Source: Octopus sinensis (lineage: Eukaryota). From it: a stretch of 64,000 nucleotides of DNA. Each line of letters begins with the position of its first letter. Within the stretch, counting starts at the first letter, position 1. This document shows positions 25,906 through 40,266 of this stretch, piece by piece. The notes under the pieces were generated by a model. The model did not search any database. It was not told where the DNA came from and saw only the letters and a program-made list of their open reading frames with translations. The translations under genes were made by a program, and so were the position numbers. The DNA lies in assembly GCF_006345805.1 (NCBI RefSeq), contig NC_043002.1:58776001-58840000 (forward strand). The letters run 5' to 3'.

Positions 25906-26113
25906 AGCCTAAAGCTTATAGCGATCACTGTGCAATTACTAATGAAAATAGTCTAATAATGGGGCATATAAGCCCTCAACAGAAAAAAATAGACTTTCCT
26001 ATCTGTGTGGGACAGCCTAGAAAAGCCTACTTTTTTCTCTCAAGGGCGTATATGCCCCATTATTAGACTATTTTCATTAGTAATTGCACAGTGATCGCTA
26101 TAAGCTTTAGGCT
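25906..26113. repeat. Inverted repeat, 71-bp arms (1 mismatch), 66-bp spacer, flanked by (TA)n
   Basis: Arms 25906-25976 and 26043-26113 compared base by base. Confidence 0.92.
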
Positions 26114-26967
26114 TATATATAAATACCATTTTATATACACATAGGATTGTAAAACCTGGCATCATATAACAAAACCATTTGCACTGAAAGTATATATATA
26201 TATATAAAAATATATATATATATATATATATACATATACACACACACAATGAACTTCTTTCTATTCCTGTCAACCAAATCCACTCACAAATCTTTGGCTG
26301 GGCTGAGGCTATATAGTAGGAGACACTTGCCCAAGATGTCATGTGGTTGGTAAGCAAACTTCTTACCACACAGCCACGCTTGCACCTATGTATACTTTTG
26401 CCAAATTTCTTGGTGCTTATGCAAGTTGGTGAAATGACTACTAATTTTTAAAAGAATAATATTTATTACCCTAAAATGAAATTACATAAAAACAAATTCC
26501 TCATTTGTATAATTCTTACCATAACTTGACGTTTACTCCTTCTATTCCTGTTTCTCTGATTCTCTCTCTCACCCTCTCACACTCTTTGTGTGTGTGTGTG
26601 TGTGTGTGTATCATTTCTATACTCATTGCCTACCACCAAGCCTAGTATCTACATTCATCCTGCACTTCTCATGTTAACTCACTCTGTATCTCTCTTACTC
26701 TCACCCATTTCTCTATGTAGTGTAAAGTACGACTGGAGAAGTCAACCAACAACATTCATTTCAACTATTAAAGATACAAAAAACATACACATACATATTT
26801 CTTTATTGCCCACAGGGGACTAAACATAGAGAGGACAAAGAAGGACAGACAAAGGGATTAAGTCGATTACATTGACCCCAGTGCATAACTGGTACTTATT
26901 TAATCGACCTCGAAAGGATGATAGCCTTGTGATTGGATTTGCTAGACGGAAACTGAAAGAAGCCCGT

Positions 26968-27006
<39 letters not shown>

Positions 27007-27273
27007 GTGTGAGTGTTTGTATGTCTGTGTTTGTCCCCCACACCATCGCTTGACAACTGATGCTGGTGTGTTTATGTTTCTGTAACTTAGTGGTTCAGCA
27101 AAAGAGACTGATAGAATAAGTACTAGGATTACAAAGAGTAGGTCCTGGAGTCGATTTGTTTGACTAAAGGCAGTGCTCCAGTATGACCACAGTCAATTGA
27201 CTAAAACAAAAGAATAATAAAATTGGTCATACTTCTACAATACACAAAATATTTTAACAATTTTCTTTTTATA

Positions 27274-27663
27274 GGTGCAGGCATGGCTGTGTGCTAAGAA
27301 GCTCGCTTACCAACCACATGGTTCCAGGTTCAGTCCCACTGCGTGGCACCTTGGCCAAGTGTCTTCTACTATATAGCCTCAGGCTGATCAAAGCCTTGTG
27401 AGTGGATTTGGTAGGCAGAAACTGAGAGAAGCTTGTCGTATATGTGTGTGTGTGTATGTTTGTGTGTCTGTGTTTGTCTGTCCCGCCATTGCTTAGCAAC
27501 CAATGCTGGTGTGTTTATATCTCCGTAACTTAGCGGTTCGGCAAAAGTGACTGATAGAATAAGTACTAGGCTTACAAAGAATGAGTCCTGGGGTTAATTT
27601 GTTTGACTAAAGATGGTACTCCAGCATGGCCACAGTCAAATGATTGAAAAGAATAAAAGAATA
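27274..27663 (+). mobile_element. SINE family A, full length
   Basis: ggtgcaggcatggctgtgtgctaag (A box), ggttcagtccc (B box) and 3' gaataaaagaat. Confidence 0.88.
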
Positions 27664-27938
27664 CAATTCTTTATAATTTTTAATTATGAAAGTAAAACAG
27701 AAATCAAAGGGGTCCATGGTTTTGAGTGTCAGTGGTCTAAACCCTTCAAGGCAGTGCCCCAGCATGGTTTTAGTCCAGTGATTGAAATGCATAAAAGAGC
27801 AAAGTAAAAAAAAAAATGTCAGTAGTGGAGTAAAAAAATAATGAAATAAAAAAATAAAATAGAAAAATCACTAAGATTACCAATTCAGAGAATTTTTTGA
27901 AAGGAAACTGAAAGCCTTTTGCTGTTCTAACATCTTTG

Positions 27939-27969
<31 letters not shown>

Positions 27970-29034
27970 CACTCATTTTGTGCAGAAGAGATATATAAAA
28001 AAAAAACCATGAAATATTTGCAACATTCCAACTCACTTAGTAATGACTTCTCTCTGCAAGCATTTATCTCTCTGAATAATTTCGAAGAGGTGACTAGCTC
28101 AGGTCAATTTATTTGAGAAAAACTAACAGATTTTCTGACCCAAACACAGCACTAATAAAACCTCTTTCACTGAAGGCGGTGGTGGTGGTGATGGTAGTGG
28201 TGATAATGGCAGTGATGGTGGTAATGGTGGTGTTTGATGTCACCAAGCACCAGAGTTAAGTAATTACTTATTTGGTTCTCACACTTAAATGTCTAGCTTG
28301 TTGACATTGTTGTGTAACAGTTGCATAAATTAACTCATGGTTAAGTATTGTTTGTGTGCTGGAAACGACGGTTTCGGGACAATCAGTCAAAGAAGACAGT
28401 GGCTTGTTGTCCTAGCACTGGTGTAATGCTATATCAATGATCAATAACATTTCATGGCAACTCCATATAGGCATAAAAGATGGACCACAAAGCAGAATCT
28501 ATTACTGATGTAGGTAACATTGCAATAATTAATTGCAAGTGTTTAAACCCGAGACCACCTTTAGTTCTAGGACACAAACTTCTTGTAACATCTCTCTCTT
28601 TCTCTCTCTCTCTGAGTGTTTCTATCTTTCTTTCTCTGTCTGTCTATCTCTGTCTCTCTCTCTCCCTCTAGCTCCCTCTTTTTCCTTGTCCTATTGGTGT
28701 AGCCAAGTATTTCCTCTGCAGTAAGACAGCTCCTCCTGTCCCTCTATTATATTCCAACCTCTCTCACCTGGCACATGGTCACTTCTCACAGCTCCTCCTG
28801 TCCCTCTCATAGCTCAAAGATCCTTTCTTTGCAAGCCACTTGGTAATCCCATGGGTACTGGTGCCACGTAAAAAGTACTTGAAAATTTTGATTTTTTTTA
28901 TTTTGACTAAGTTGTTCAAATATATAAAAGTTGGCAAGATGGAGAAAGCATTACTGAATCTGAAGTTTTTGTTTCCATGTGTAACGATTTTTATCCAACC
29001 AAAATTTATCAAGGAAATATATTCTTTTCTTCTT

Positions 29035-29428
29035 ATTCTTTTTATTTGTTTCAGTCAGTTGACTGCAGTCATGCTGGAGCACCGCCTTTAGTTGAACAAA
29101 TCAACCCAAGGACTTATTCTCTGTAAGCCTATTACTTATTTTATCGGTCTCTTTGCCGAAGCGCTAAGTTATGGGGACGTAAACATACCAGCATCGGTTG
29201 TCAAGCAATGTTGGGGGGACAAACACAGAGACACAAACACGCACGCATATACATATATATACATACGACGGGTTTCTTTCAGTTTCCATCTACCAAATCC
29301 ACTCACAAAGCTTTGGTTGGCCTGAGGCTATAGTAGAAGACATTTGCCCAATGTGCCATGCAGTGGGACTGAACCCGGAACCATGTGGTTGGTATGCAAG
29401 CTACTTACCACACAGCCATGCCTGCACC
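29035..29428 (-). mobile_element. SINE family A, full length
   Basis: Near-consensus reverse copy. Confidence 0.88.
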
Positions 29429-31419
29429 TATAAATAATTCTAATTTTGGCACAGGCCAGTCATTTTCAGCCAGCAAAATAACTGTGGTAAATTTGAACCT
29501 CCTGACCGGGTGGTTTGTAATACAATACTGTAACCTCACTAGTACACCTTATTTTTCAAACAAGATTATTATAGAGAGCCATATCGGATGGAAAGATGGA
29601 TAGAGAAATGAGAAAAGACCAAAAGGGGAAAAAAAATTCTATGAGAGAATGACCTGAAGAATTTGGCCAAACATCAAGAAGGAGGAGGGGAGGAGGAGAA
29701 GAAGAAGAAGAAGAAGAAGAAGAAGAAGAAGAAGAAGATAGGAGAGCAACAGAGTGCAGTAGAAAACCATCACCATACAAGTTCTTTATGAAAAGGAGAT
29801 ACTAGAAAAGTCTTGTGTGTGATCTAAGAACACTTTGAGTAATTACCAAAATATGGATTTTGCTTCATACAGCAGCTAAAATAACTATTCTAGATGTTTG
29901 AATATCAGAAATATCTCATGATCTGCAGAGTAGATGGTGGCAGAGTATATCACAGACAGTAGCACTGCAGATTAGGTTATGACGGTAGTTCTGTGTCCTC
30001 CTGGAGGTTTAACTTGGAAGAAGTAACAAGTGCACTTAAGCTCTTTTAAGCCACATCTTATTATCATTTTAAAAACGAAATGAGGAATTGAATAATGTGA
30101 TTCTAGATAAAATATCTGAGGGTGGCTATGAAGCTTGCTTACCAACCCTGTGGCTGATCTGTAACCCCAGATTGATCAAAGCCTTGTGAGTGGATTTGGT
30201 AGATGTAAACTGAAGGAAGCTTACTCTGTGTGTGAGTGCAACCTTGTCTTGATATCACATGACAGTTGCAAATGAGCATCACCATCATACAAATGTCGTT
30301 GTTCATTTCCACTCATTCTTGGAGAAAATGTGTGGCCCTTAGAAGTAGGTGGGGGATGGTACCAAGAAAGGCTTTTGGCCGTGGGAAATTTCTCATCAAA
30401 TTCTGCCTGACCCACACAAGTAAGGGAAAAAAAAGTGGACATTAAAATGACGATGACGGCTATTGATAGATAAGGCTGGAATAATCTTATCACATTGACC
30501 TGAAGCTGAAAAACAACAAAAAGACTAGTCTTCACCATGCCGACATTCGAAAGACACATTACATGGAAAGACTAAGCATGTGGTGAAGAAGTTCCTATCT
30601 CCCATTGACTCATGAGATAACGCCCCTCCCTGCTGACCACCTTCTGCGGGACAAATCTTTACCGACTGATTCCATGCTACACCTGCAAAAGTAGCTAACT
30701 CAAATTACTTCCAGACAACAAATAAACGGTATTAACTTTATTCGTTCCAGTTAAGATAGTTTATAGAAAGCATTTTAGCTAAACTGAATATTAAAGCATC
30801 AGTTATTGACCAGGTCCTGACCTCTTAACAGCTAAAATTAACTCTTCAGAGTACATAATGCATAACCATAAACTAATCGATATCTGCTTTTGAGTCTATA
30901 GTTCAATGCATCCATGAGATTTACATCATGATGTGAGTCGGTTATTTGGCATTTTTTTCTCTAATGTTTCATGTATGGTAGATATTAACTGTTAATTAGC
31001 ATTTCAATTTGGTTTAATTAAAAATATCATTAAACAAAACAGAAAAAAAAATTCTTCAGTTTTTGAATCAAATAACCAGCAAAATAACAGACAAGAATTA
31101 TTAGCTTTAGAAATATGAGAGACAAAAATTATAAAACATCGCGTTTGTTTTATATTTTATTTCATTTTATTATATTTGTATGTTCATTTATTATTATTAT
31201 TCTTATTAATATTATTATTATATGCAAATGTTGATGCAAAGAGAACTATTAAAAACGAGCTAAAAATGATTATCTATTGATGAGCTATCGGTGATTCCTC
31301 TCTAGAATGGTCTCTGAAGGAAACAATAATTATTTCAGAATTGATTGATTTAGAATGAGGTGGGGTGGGGTGTGGGGGTGGTTGGAATGACTGAATCTAT
31401 TTTGCTTCTCATAGATCAT

Positions 31420-31810
31420 GACAGTTAGTGGGTGGGGAGAGGTGGGGGTAATAGTAATAATGGGTAAAATTAAGGGAGGGAGAACAGGACAAGGATGAGG
31501 AGGGGCAGGATGAGGAAGAACAGGACAAGGAGGAGGAGCAGGATGTGGAGGAATGGTGAGGGAAGGAGGAGTGGAAGGAAGATGATATGGATGAGGAGGA
31601 GAATAAGAGGAGAGGGAAAATAAGAATAGGATTGGGGAGGAGGTTGAGGAAAGGGAAGAGGATGATGTGGAGGAAGAGGAGGTTGAGGAGGAGAATAAGG
31701 GTTGGTGAGGGGGAGGAAGGGGAAGAAAAGCAAAAGAGAAGACAAAGGAAGATAAAGGGAGAAGTGAAGAATGAGCAGAAGAAAGAAAAGAAACAGAAGG
31801 AAGATGAAAA
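31420..31810. repeat. Polypurine (GGA/GAA-rich) low-complexity tract
   Basis: About 390 bp of nearly pure purine; source of spurious ORFs. Confidence 0.85.
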
Positions 31811-31859
31811 TAATAATAATAATAATAATTATTATTATTATTATTATTATTATTTATTT

Positions 31860-32288
31860 CTACTCTAGGCACAAGACCTTGAAAATTTTATGGGGAAGGG
31901 GGTACCCCAGTGCGTAACTGGTACTTATTTTATTGACCCCAAAAGGATGAAAGGCAGAGTAGACCTTGGTGGAATTTGAACTTAGAACATAGCAGCAGAT
32001 GAAAATACTACTAAGCATTTTGTCCAACGTGCTAACAGTTCTGCTAGCTCATCACCCTAATAATAATAATAATAATAATAAAGAAGGGAGGAGGAGAAAA
32101 AGAAGAAAAAGATGAGAAATCAGAAGAAAAAGTAAAAGTAAAGCAAATCAATAAAATATTTCTAGACCATTTTTTTTTGTTATTGTTGTCATAAAGTTAA
32201 TTAATGCTGCAGAATGTGAAAAAATATGAATGTTTATGTTGACCTTTAACCTGAGAAAAACACTGTAAACCATCTAGTAAGGCAGTAC

Positions 32289-32330
<42 letters not shown>

Positions 32331-32775
32331 CCTTTCTATAATAGGCACAAGGCCTGAAATTTTGGGGACAGGGTGGGGGGGCAGTCGATTAGATCAACTC
32401 CAACACTGAACTGGTACTTAATTTATTGACCCCAAAAGGATGAAAGGCAAAGTTGACCTCAGTGGAATTTGAACTCAGAACATACTGACCAGCAAAACAC
32501 CGCTAAGCATTTCGCCCAGTGTGCTAATGTTTCTGCCAGCTTGCTGCTTTAAAAATAATAATAATAATGGTTTCAAATTTTGGCACAAGGCCAGCATGAT
32601 CAAGGAGATTGGACTAGGTTGATTACATCGACCCCAGTGCTCAACTGGTACTTATTTTATCGACCCCAAAAGGATGAAAAGTAAAGTCGAATCCAGCAGA
32701 ATTTGAACTCAGAATGTAAAACTGGAAGAAATGCTGCTGTTTTGTCTGGTGAGGAAATGGTCATGCCAGCTCACT
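31860..32775 (-). mobile_element. Cluster of three Nin/Deu-core SINEs separated by (AAT)n and AT-rich spacers
   Basis: Copies at about 31860-32060, 32330-32550 and 32570-32775. Confidence 0.78.
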
Positions 32776-32794
32776 AATAATAATAAAATAAATA

Positions 32795-33200
32795 TCTTTT
32801 ATCTTTTACTTGTTTCGGTCATTAGACTGCGGCCATGCTGGGGCACCACCTTCAAGAATTTTTAGTTGAACGAATCGACCCCAATACTCACATCTTTTTG
32901 AAGCTTGATACTTTTTCTATCAGGCTTTTTTGTTGAGCAGCTAAGTTACAAGATCATAAACACACAAACAGCGGTTGTCAAGCACTGAGTGGGGACAAAC
33001 ACAAACATACACACACACACACACAGACATACAAATAAAAGGGTTCTTTCAGTTTCTGTCTACCAAATCCACCTGCAAGGCTTTGGTCAGCCTATGGCTA
33101 TAGAAAACACTTGCTCAAGGTGGGACTGAACACAGTGGGACTGAACCCAGAACCATATGGTCAAGAAGCAAGCTTCCTACCACACACCCATGCCTGCATC
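32795..33200 (-). mobile_element. SINE family A
   Basis: Reverse copy with internal (CA)n. Confidence 0.8.
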
Positions 33201-33439
33201 TAAGAATTCTGTTGATGATCATAATGATGTACAGTGATGAAGATGATGTTGATGGTGATGAATAATACGATGAAGATGGAAATTTGATGATGGAGAGATG
33301 AAGTTTCTGATGAGATGATAATATTCCAGGTGATAATTAAGATGATGTTCTTGCTACTGATGATGATGATGATGTGACAATGTTGACGTGTCTGGTGGTG
33401 AAATTACACAATTTCATGCACTATTTCATGTCAGCAAAC

Positions 33440-33995
33440 ATTAACATACATACACATACTCACGTGTATATACACACACATGCATACAAACACACATACA
33501 ATCACATGTGTATATATATGCATGTATACACACACATGCATACACAAACACACTCACATGTACATGTATATACACGCACACTCATATATGTATATATGTA
33601 TATACGTATATATACACACATACTCACATGTACATATACACACACATGCAGACACACATGTATACACAGTCATATACTCACAAGTGTATATACACATGTG
33701 CATACACACAATCACGTGTATATATAGACATGTATACACACATATGGGCATATAAATATATACACATATACACACAGGTAGATAAACACACATGTATACA
33801 CACACACACATGTATATATACAAACATGTATAAACACACATGCATATATAAATGTGTGTACATAAACACAAATGTATATACACATGCACACACTCACGTG
33901 TATATATACACATGTATACACATACTCACATGTATAAACACACATATACATACACGTGTAGATAAACACATATGTACACACACACACACACATAC
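33440..33995. repeat. Degenerate (CA/TA)n microsatellite
   Basis: Dinucleotide periodicity; source of His/Thr/Tyr-rich ORFs. Confidence 0.9.
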
Positions 33996-34196
33996 TTCCC
34001 TACCTCAAATTTCACTCAAAATGCATTAGCTGCCACATTTAAAGAAACAAAAAAAAATTTGGGGACTGAACCGGGATCAAATGTTTGTAAATTGACCTTC
34101 TCAACCACATAGCTAAGTATGTCCTCACAATACAGATATGATTAAAGTTTTCAAATTAAACAGCAGAGTTCTGTGTCAGATCATGACAGTACAGAC

Positions 34197-34330
34197 AGAG
34201 GGAGAGAGGGAGAGAGGAGTGAAGGAAAGACAGAACAAAGAGAGGGAGAGAGGGGTGAAGGAAAGACTGAACAAAGAGAGGGAGAGAGGGGTGAAGGAAA
34301 GACTGAACAAAGAGAGGGGGAGAGAGAGAG
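34197..34330 (+). repeat. 36-bp tandem repeat, about 3.5 copies
   Basis: Unit agagggagagaggggtgaaggaaagactgaacaaag. Confidence 0.88.
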
Positions 34331-34573
34331 ACTAAAACGTGAGAGATACATACAATTCTAACATATCTTGATTAATCATTGAATCATTAGTCATATTTGA
34401 TTAAGCGTCACTCAAGTTTCTCCTTAAACACGAGTAACATATACTCCTTGGTGTAGCTTTAACATATCATCTAGCCACTGCACACACACACACTCATATA
34501 TATAGAGAAAGAAATACACAGACAGATATAACTATATTTATTTAGAAGATAAATATATATATACATACATGCA

Positions 34574-34612
<39 letters not shown>

Positions 34613-34619
34613 ACACATA

Positions 34620-34950
34620 CACACACTCTTTACTGTTTTATTTGTTTCAAGATTTATTCTTTGTAAGCCTAGCACTTATTCTATCAATCACTTTTGCTGA
34701 ACTGCTAAGTTATAGGGATGTAAACACACCACCATCGGTTGTCAAGCGATGGTGGGGGTACAAACACAGACACACACACACACTTATATGATGGGCTCCT
34801 TTCAGTTTCTGTCTATCGAATCTACTCACAAGGCTTTGGTCAGCCTGAGGATATAGTAGAAGACACTTACCCAAAGTGCCACGCAGTAGGACTGAACTCG
34901 GAACCATGTGGTTGGTAAGCAAGCTTCTTACCACACAGCCACTCCAACAC
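34620..34950 (-). mobile_element. SINE family A
   Basis: Reverse copy. Confidence 0.82.
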
Positions 34951-35104
34951 TTATAGACACACAAATATATTTATTACATATCTCTGCCAAGGTCAACTTT
35001 ACCTTTCATCTTCTCAGAGTTGATGAACTAAGTACTGGGGTCAATGTAATTGACAAGCCTCCACCACCACAAAATTTCAGGCTTTGTGCCTTTAATAGAA
35101 AGAA

Positions 35105-36390
35105 TATATATACATGGTTGTATGGTAAGATGCTTGCTTCCCAATCACATGGTTCCTGGTTCAGTCCCACTGCATGGCACCTTGGGCAAGTGTCTTCCAC
35201 TACAGCCTTGGGCTAACCAAAGCATTGTGAGTGGATTTGGTAGACAGAAACAAAGAAACCCATCGTGTGTGTGTGTGTTTGTGTGTATGTTTGTGTGTCT
35301 GTGCATTTGTGTCTGAGTTTGTCCCCCCACCATCGCTTGACAACCAGTGTTGGTGTGTTAATGTTGTTGTTGATTATGTGCTACGTATGTCAGTTGATAC
35401 CATCTCTGGCAAGGGCTTTGAAATAAAACCAAGAAGAAGTTCCAGACACCCAGCTGAGTACTTGACAGACACTGACTTTGCTGACGACATCGCTCTTATC
35501 ACGCTCTTATCAGTGATTCTCTCTCCAATGCCCAGTCTCTTTTACAATCTCTTGAACAAGCCTCAAATTGTGTAGGTCTTTACCTCAATGAGGCCAAAAC
35601 TGAATACATAAACAAGTGCCTGTCCAACAGTGATTGCATCATTCATACTCTCAACAGTGCGCCTTTAAATATGGTTTCTGATTATAAATATCTTGGGTCA
35701 TACATATCATCATCTGGAAAAGACTTTCTAACTAGAAAGGGTATGGCCTGGTCAGCCTGTAATGACATGCATAAGATCTGGTCATCAAATCTAAGTAGAG
35801 ACTTCAAACTTGAAATATTCAAAGCCACAGTCGAACCAATTCTACTATATGGCTCAGAAACCTGGACGTTATCAAAGAAGCTTGAGAGGCAGTTGGATGG
35901 AACCTACACTCGCCTCCTTATGAGAGCTTAAAATCTCTCGTGGAAGCGCCATCCAACCAAAATGCAAATATATGGGAAACTACCACCTGTGTCATCTCTT
36001 GTGAAAGGTAGGAGAGTCCAGTTTGCTGGACATTGTTGCAGAGCTGAAAAAGAAGTAATTTCTACTCTTCTCCTCTGGAAGCCATCTACTCGCAATACCA
36101 GAGGGCGCACACTCTCCTACCCTGATGTAATCTCCAGGGATACAGGCATCCAGCAACAGGACCTCCGTAATGCTATGATGGACCATGAAGTCTGGCGTAA
36201 CATAGTAAATTCCATTGTCTCGACCACGGTCGAACAATGATGATGATAATATCCCCTGTAACTTAGAAGTTTGGCATAAGAGACTGATAGAATAAGTACT
36301 AGGCTTACAAAAAATAAGTCTTGGGCTTGAATTGTTCAACTAAAAGCAGTGCTCCAGCATGGCCAGTCAAATGGCTGAAACAAAAGAATA
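35105..36390 (+). mobile_element. SINE family A split by an RTE insertion (halves about 35105-35361 and 36251-36390)
   Basis: The left half ends ggtgtgttaatg and the right half resumes atcccctgtaacttag; these are adjacent in intact copies. Confidence 0.8.
35375..36250 (+). mobile_element. 5'-truncated RTE-clade LINE (RT C-terminal half and (TGA)n tail)
   Basis: DTDFADDIAL, YKYLGSYI, VEPILLYGSETWTL and ...WRNIVNSIVSTTVEQ*; frameshifted. Confidence 0.9.
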
Positions 36391-36469
36391 CATACACACA
36401 CACACATATATATACACATGCACACACACACATATATATACACACACACATACACACACACACACATAT

Positions 36470-36880
36470 ACTCTTTTTTACTCTTTTACTTGTTTCAGTC
36501 ATTTGACTGCGGCCATGCTGGAGCACCGCCTTTAGTCGAGCAAATCGACTCCAGGACTTATTCTTTGTAAGCCCAGTACTTATTCTATCGGTCTCTTTTG
36601 TCGAACCGCTAAGTGACGGGGACGTAAACACACCAGCATTGGTTGTCAAGCAATGCTAGAGGGACAAACACAGACACACAAACATACACATACATATATA
36701 TACATATACATATATACGACAGGCTTCTTTCAGTTTCCGTCTACCGAATCCACTCACAAGGCATTGGTCGGCCCGGGGCTATAGCAGAAGACACTTGCCC
36801 AAGATGCCACGCAGTGGGACTGAACCCGGAACCATGTGGTTGGTTAGCAAGCTACTTACCACACAGCCACTCCTGCGCCT
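36470..36880 (-). mobile_element. SINE family A, young-looking near-consensus copy
   Basis: CpGs largely retained (gaccgatagaat, ggtcggcccgggg). Confidence 0.9.
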
Positions 36881-36882
36881 GA

Positions 36883-37394
36883 ATGAATATATAAAGTGTC
36901 ACAGATGCCTATACACTGTGACTTATCAACAGACAACATATTTAGCACACACACATATATATACACACACACACACACATATTTACATATATCACACACA
37001 CAGCTGTACTTACAAAAATGAAAGATCATCACAGACAACAAGGACACAAAACTGTGAGCTGTGTGTGTGTGTGTGTGTGCTGTACTAAATAGGAAGGTTT
37101 CCCCCAATTCACATTTGGCTGTCATTACACAAAATATATTCTCTTTCCAGATATGTGCACATTATTTGTTTATATAGGCAGACATTAATATTACAAGCAA
37201 TTTGATTCCATTGGCTAGATCATTAATTTATGCTTTCTTCACATTAAACCCATTCATACAGGCCCCCATGGAGGGAGAACAATGACTTTCTTTTAACACA
37301 ATGAAATATTGTTATTTAGAAGGGGGTGGGGCTAAATATGTTGTCTGTTGATAAGTCACAGTGTATAGGCATCTGTGACACTTTATATATTCAT
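36883..37394. repeat. Perfect 64-bp inverted repeat with 384-bp spacer
   Basis: 36883-36946 is the exact reverse complement of 37331-37394. Confidence 0.95.
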
Positions 37395-40230
37395 ACATTG
37401 TTTTTATACTCTACTTCTTGAAAAATACTTTATTCTGTACTGTAAGCCTTATTCTTACTAATAAACTCACATGTGTGTGTGAGGTCATTCTCGATTGCTA
37501 CTAGTAACGTGTAACCCAGTACTTGTTTCATGGTTGGGTCATCAGTTGTAAAACCGATAGCTTCTTCATGGCTAAGGTGGTTTTTGAACACCACATCAAG
37601 GCAAGCAAGGGAAACTGGATGGAAAACAACTAGCAAAACAAAGAAATGCATTTCCTGTGTCCTAGAGAAATACTTAGAAAAACGAGGCACAGGTGTTGCT
37701 CGGGGCTTTGGGTTCAGTCCCACTGTACTGTGCCATGGGCAAGTGTCTTCTGCTATAGCCCAGGGCTGACCAAAACTTTCTGAATGGATTTGGCCAAAAG
37801 AAACTGAAAGAAGCCCATCGTGTGTGTGTGTGTATGTGTACTTGCATGTGTATGAGAGAGTGAGTTTGTATTTCCTTTGTCTTCCTGTGTCCACCCCCCA
37901 CCTGTCCCCAAATAAGGTAATCTTTTCCCATGACCAGACATGTCTTTTCTTTCCCCTTTCCATGGAAGACTGGAACCAATGGACACTGCTTGTATAATAT
38001 GGATGCTTGTGGTGGACTATCTTGCAATGTCAAGACACAAACATACACACATACACATATGTATACACATGACAGGCTTCTTTCAGTTTCCAAGGACCAA
38101 ATCCATCCAGCGCTATAGTATAAGACACATGCCCAAGGTGTCATGCAGAAGAACTGAACCAGAAGCCTATATCCATGCTTAGGCCTTATTTCTAAATATT
38201 CCTTTAGAACAGAAAATAGATTCCTTTGCCTTGCTAGCTGTTTCTCATCTAATTTTCCATGCTTGCATAACGCTGTGGCTTTTTGTTAAGATCAATTGAT
38301 TTTACAGCTGTATATCCTTTCTGCTATTCAACCATGAAGTAAAGCAGGGAACCTAATCTAAGTCAGTTAAGAAAACCCCAAAGCAAGCAGTTATGTAATG
38401 GTTGTTTTACCAATATAGGCAGGTTATAGAAAAATCTCTCTCTCTCTCTCTGCTCACCTATCCTCTAACTTTGTGTCTATCTGTCTATCTATCTATTTAT
38501 CTATCTACCTATCCGTTTGTCTGTCTGTCTAAACACAAACACACCCAAATATAACTTCATACATTCATAAAGAACAATTTGAGATTTGCCTGTGACAAAA
38601 TACCTTCCTACCACTCCTTCACACACACACACACACAATGTCAGCTCTAATCCTCATTTGAAATTCCTATATAGATCATCTTTTATTTATAACTGGTCTT
38701 ACCTGTAAACGTTCCACATTTACAAGCAAGACCTGTATGTAGGGCAAGTGGTGCAATAAAATGTAAAACCCACAAACTTGAAACGGAATAAGAAGCAGGG
38801 CTGAAAACTACCCTCCCTCTCCCTTTCCAAAATAGATGAGATGCAGAAGAGCATTCAAAGTTGGCTCGAAAAAGTAGAAGGGATTTGAATTTTAAATATA
38901 ACAGGGTATAACTACATTAGAAGGGTGAAAAAATGTTATTAATATTGGGTTGATGTTTCTTTTTCTCTTTTGAACTGTTTACTTATATAACCCAAATGTA
39001 GAGACCTCATTTGGCCCTACATGAGATTTGAAATTGAATCTAGAAATTCTCCCTAGCCACATGCTGTATTGTTCTGTCAAGGAAGAACACAGATCAGATC
39101 TATGTGTTTTCCACTTGACTCCTTAACTTTTTCTATGCCATGAAAAGTTGAAATAGATAATGAGTGACCTACATTAGATTGGCCATTGTTAGAGCAGTAT
39201 ACCCCTTTTTTTTCTAACAGAGTTAGCCGTCAGGGGTCACCAATTGTAATGGGTTATGTATAACCACATTGGATTATGTATAATCGCATCATTGTGTTGG
39301 ACTTCAAGGAATAAGGATAATGGTTGAAGATGATATTGACTCTAAATTTTATTTACCGTAGCTAAATCTTCATACCAAACATCTAATAGTAGATGTCAGT
39401 TCAAACCCCAGTTACAAGCAGTATGACTAATATATACAACAGGCTTCTTTCAGCTTCCATCTACCAAATCCACTCACAAGGACTAAGATTATAGTAGAAA
39501 ATACATGCCTAAGGTGATGTGCGGTGGGATTGAACTCAAGACCACAGAGTTGAGAAGCAAGCTTCTGACCCACACACCCATGCCTGCACTTGTTGTTGTA
39601 ATTGTTCTTTACCATAATGCTGCTCTGTCCAGCTGTTGCATTTTACTAGTGCACTGTTGCTATTATCAAAGTGCATACATGCACACACACATACACACAC
39701 AACTTACTTTTACATTTCACCAAAGAGATTAAGGATAAAACCACTTTTTTTTGCTTCAACAAGCATAACTTTCAAGCTTTATGGCAAAACTGAGTCCTCC
39801 TCCTCCTCCTCATACCATGGCTGTTACGGTTACCTCCCACTGCTATTCGCCTCTTCATATGTCAAACTTGTTGACATTTTTAATAAAAATATTTATCTCT
39901 TGACTGTAGACAATGGAGAAAAATGGCTGTGATTTCACCTAATTAGAGTTGGGCGACAGTGTTTTTAAAACCCACTTTCTCTTCAGAATGTCTTATACAA
40001 TGTTCACAAAAAAAATTCCATTGAAGTTTACAACCAGAGCAGCTAAGGTACAATAATAATAATTATAATAATCTTTTCTTACTATAAGCACAAGGCCTGA
40101 AATTTGTGGGGAATGGGTAATTCAATCATATCAACCCCAGTACTTGACTGGTACTTAATTATCAACCCCGAAAGGATGAGAGGCAAAGTTGACCATGGCA
40201 ATAATAATAATAAAAATAATAATAATAATA

Positions 40231-40266
<36 letters not shown>

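Noticed and set aside
31330-34029. Long ORFs rich in His/Thr/Tyr/Pro/Leu/Val (also 928-1225, 5595-6116, 12016-12642, 46540-46905, 48359-49063, 50722-51102, 53529-53882)
   Set aside because: They are translations of micro- or minisatellites and SINE bodies, with no domain signal.
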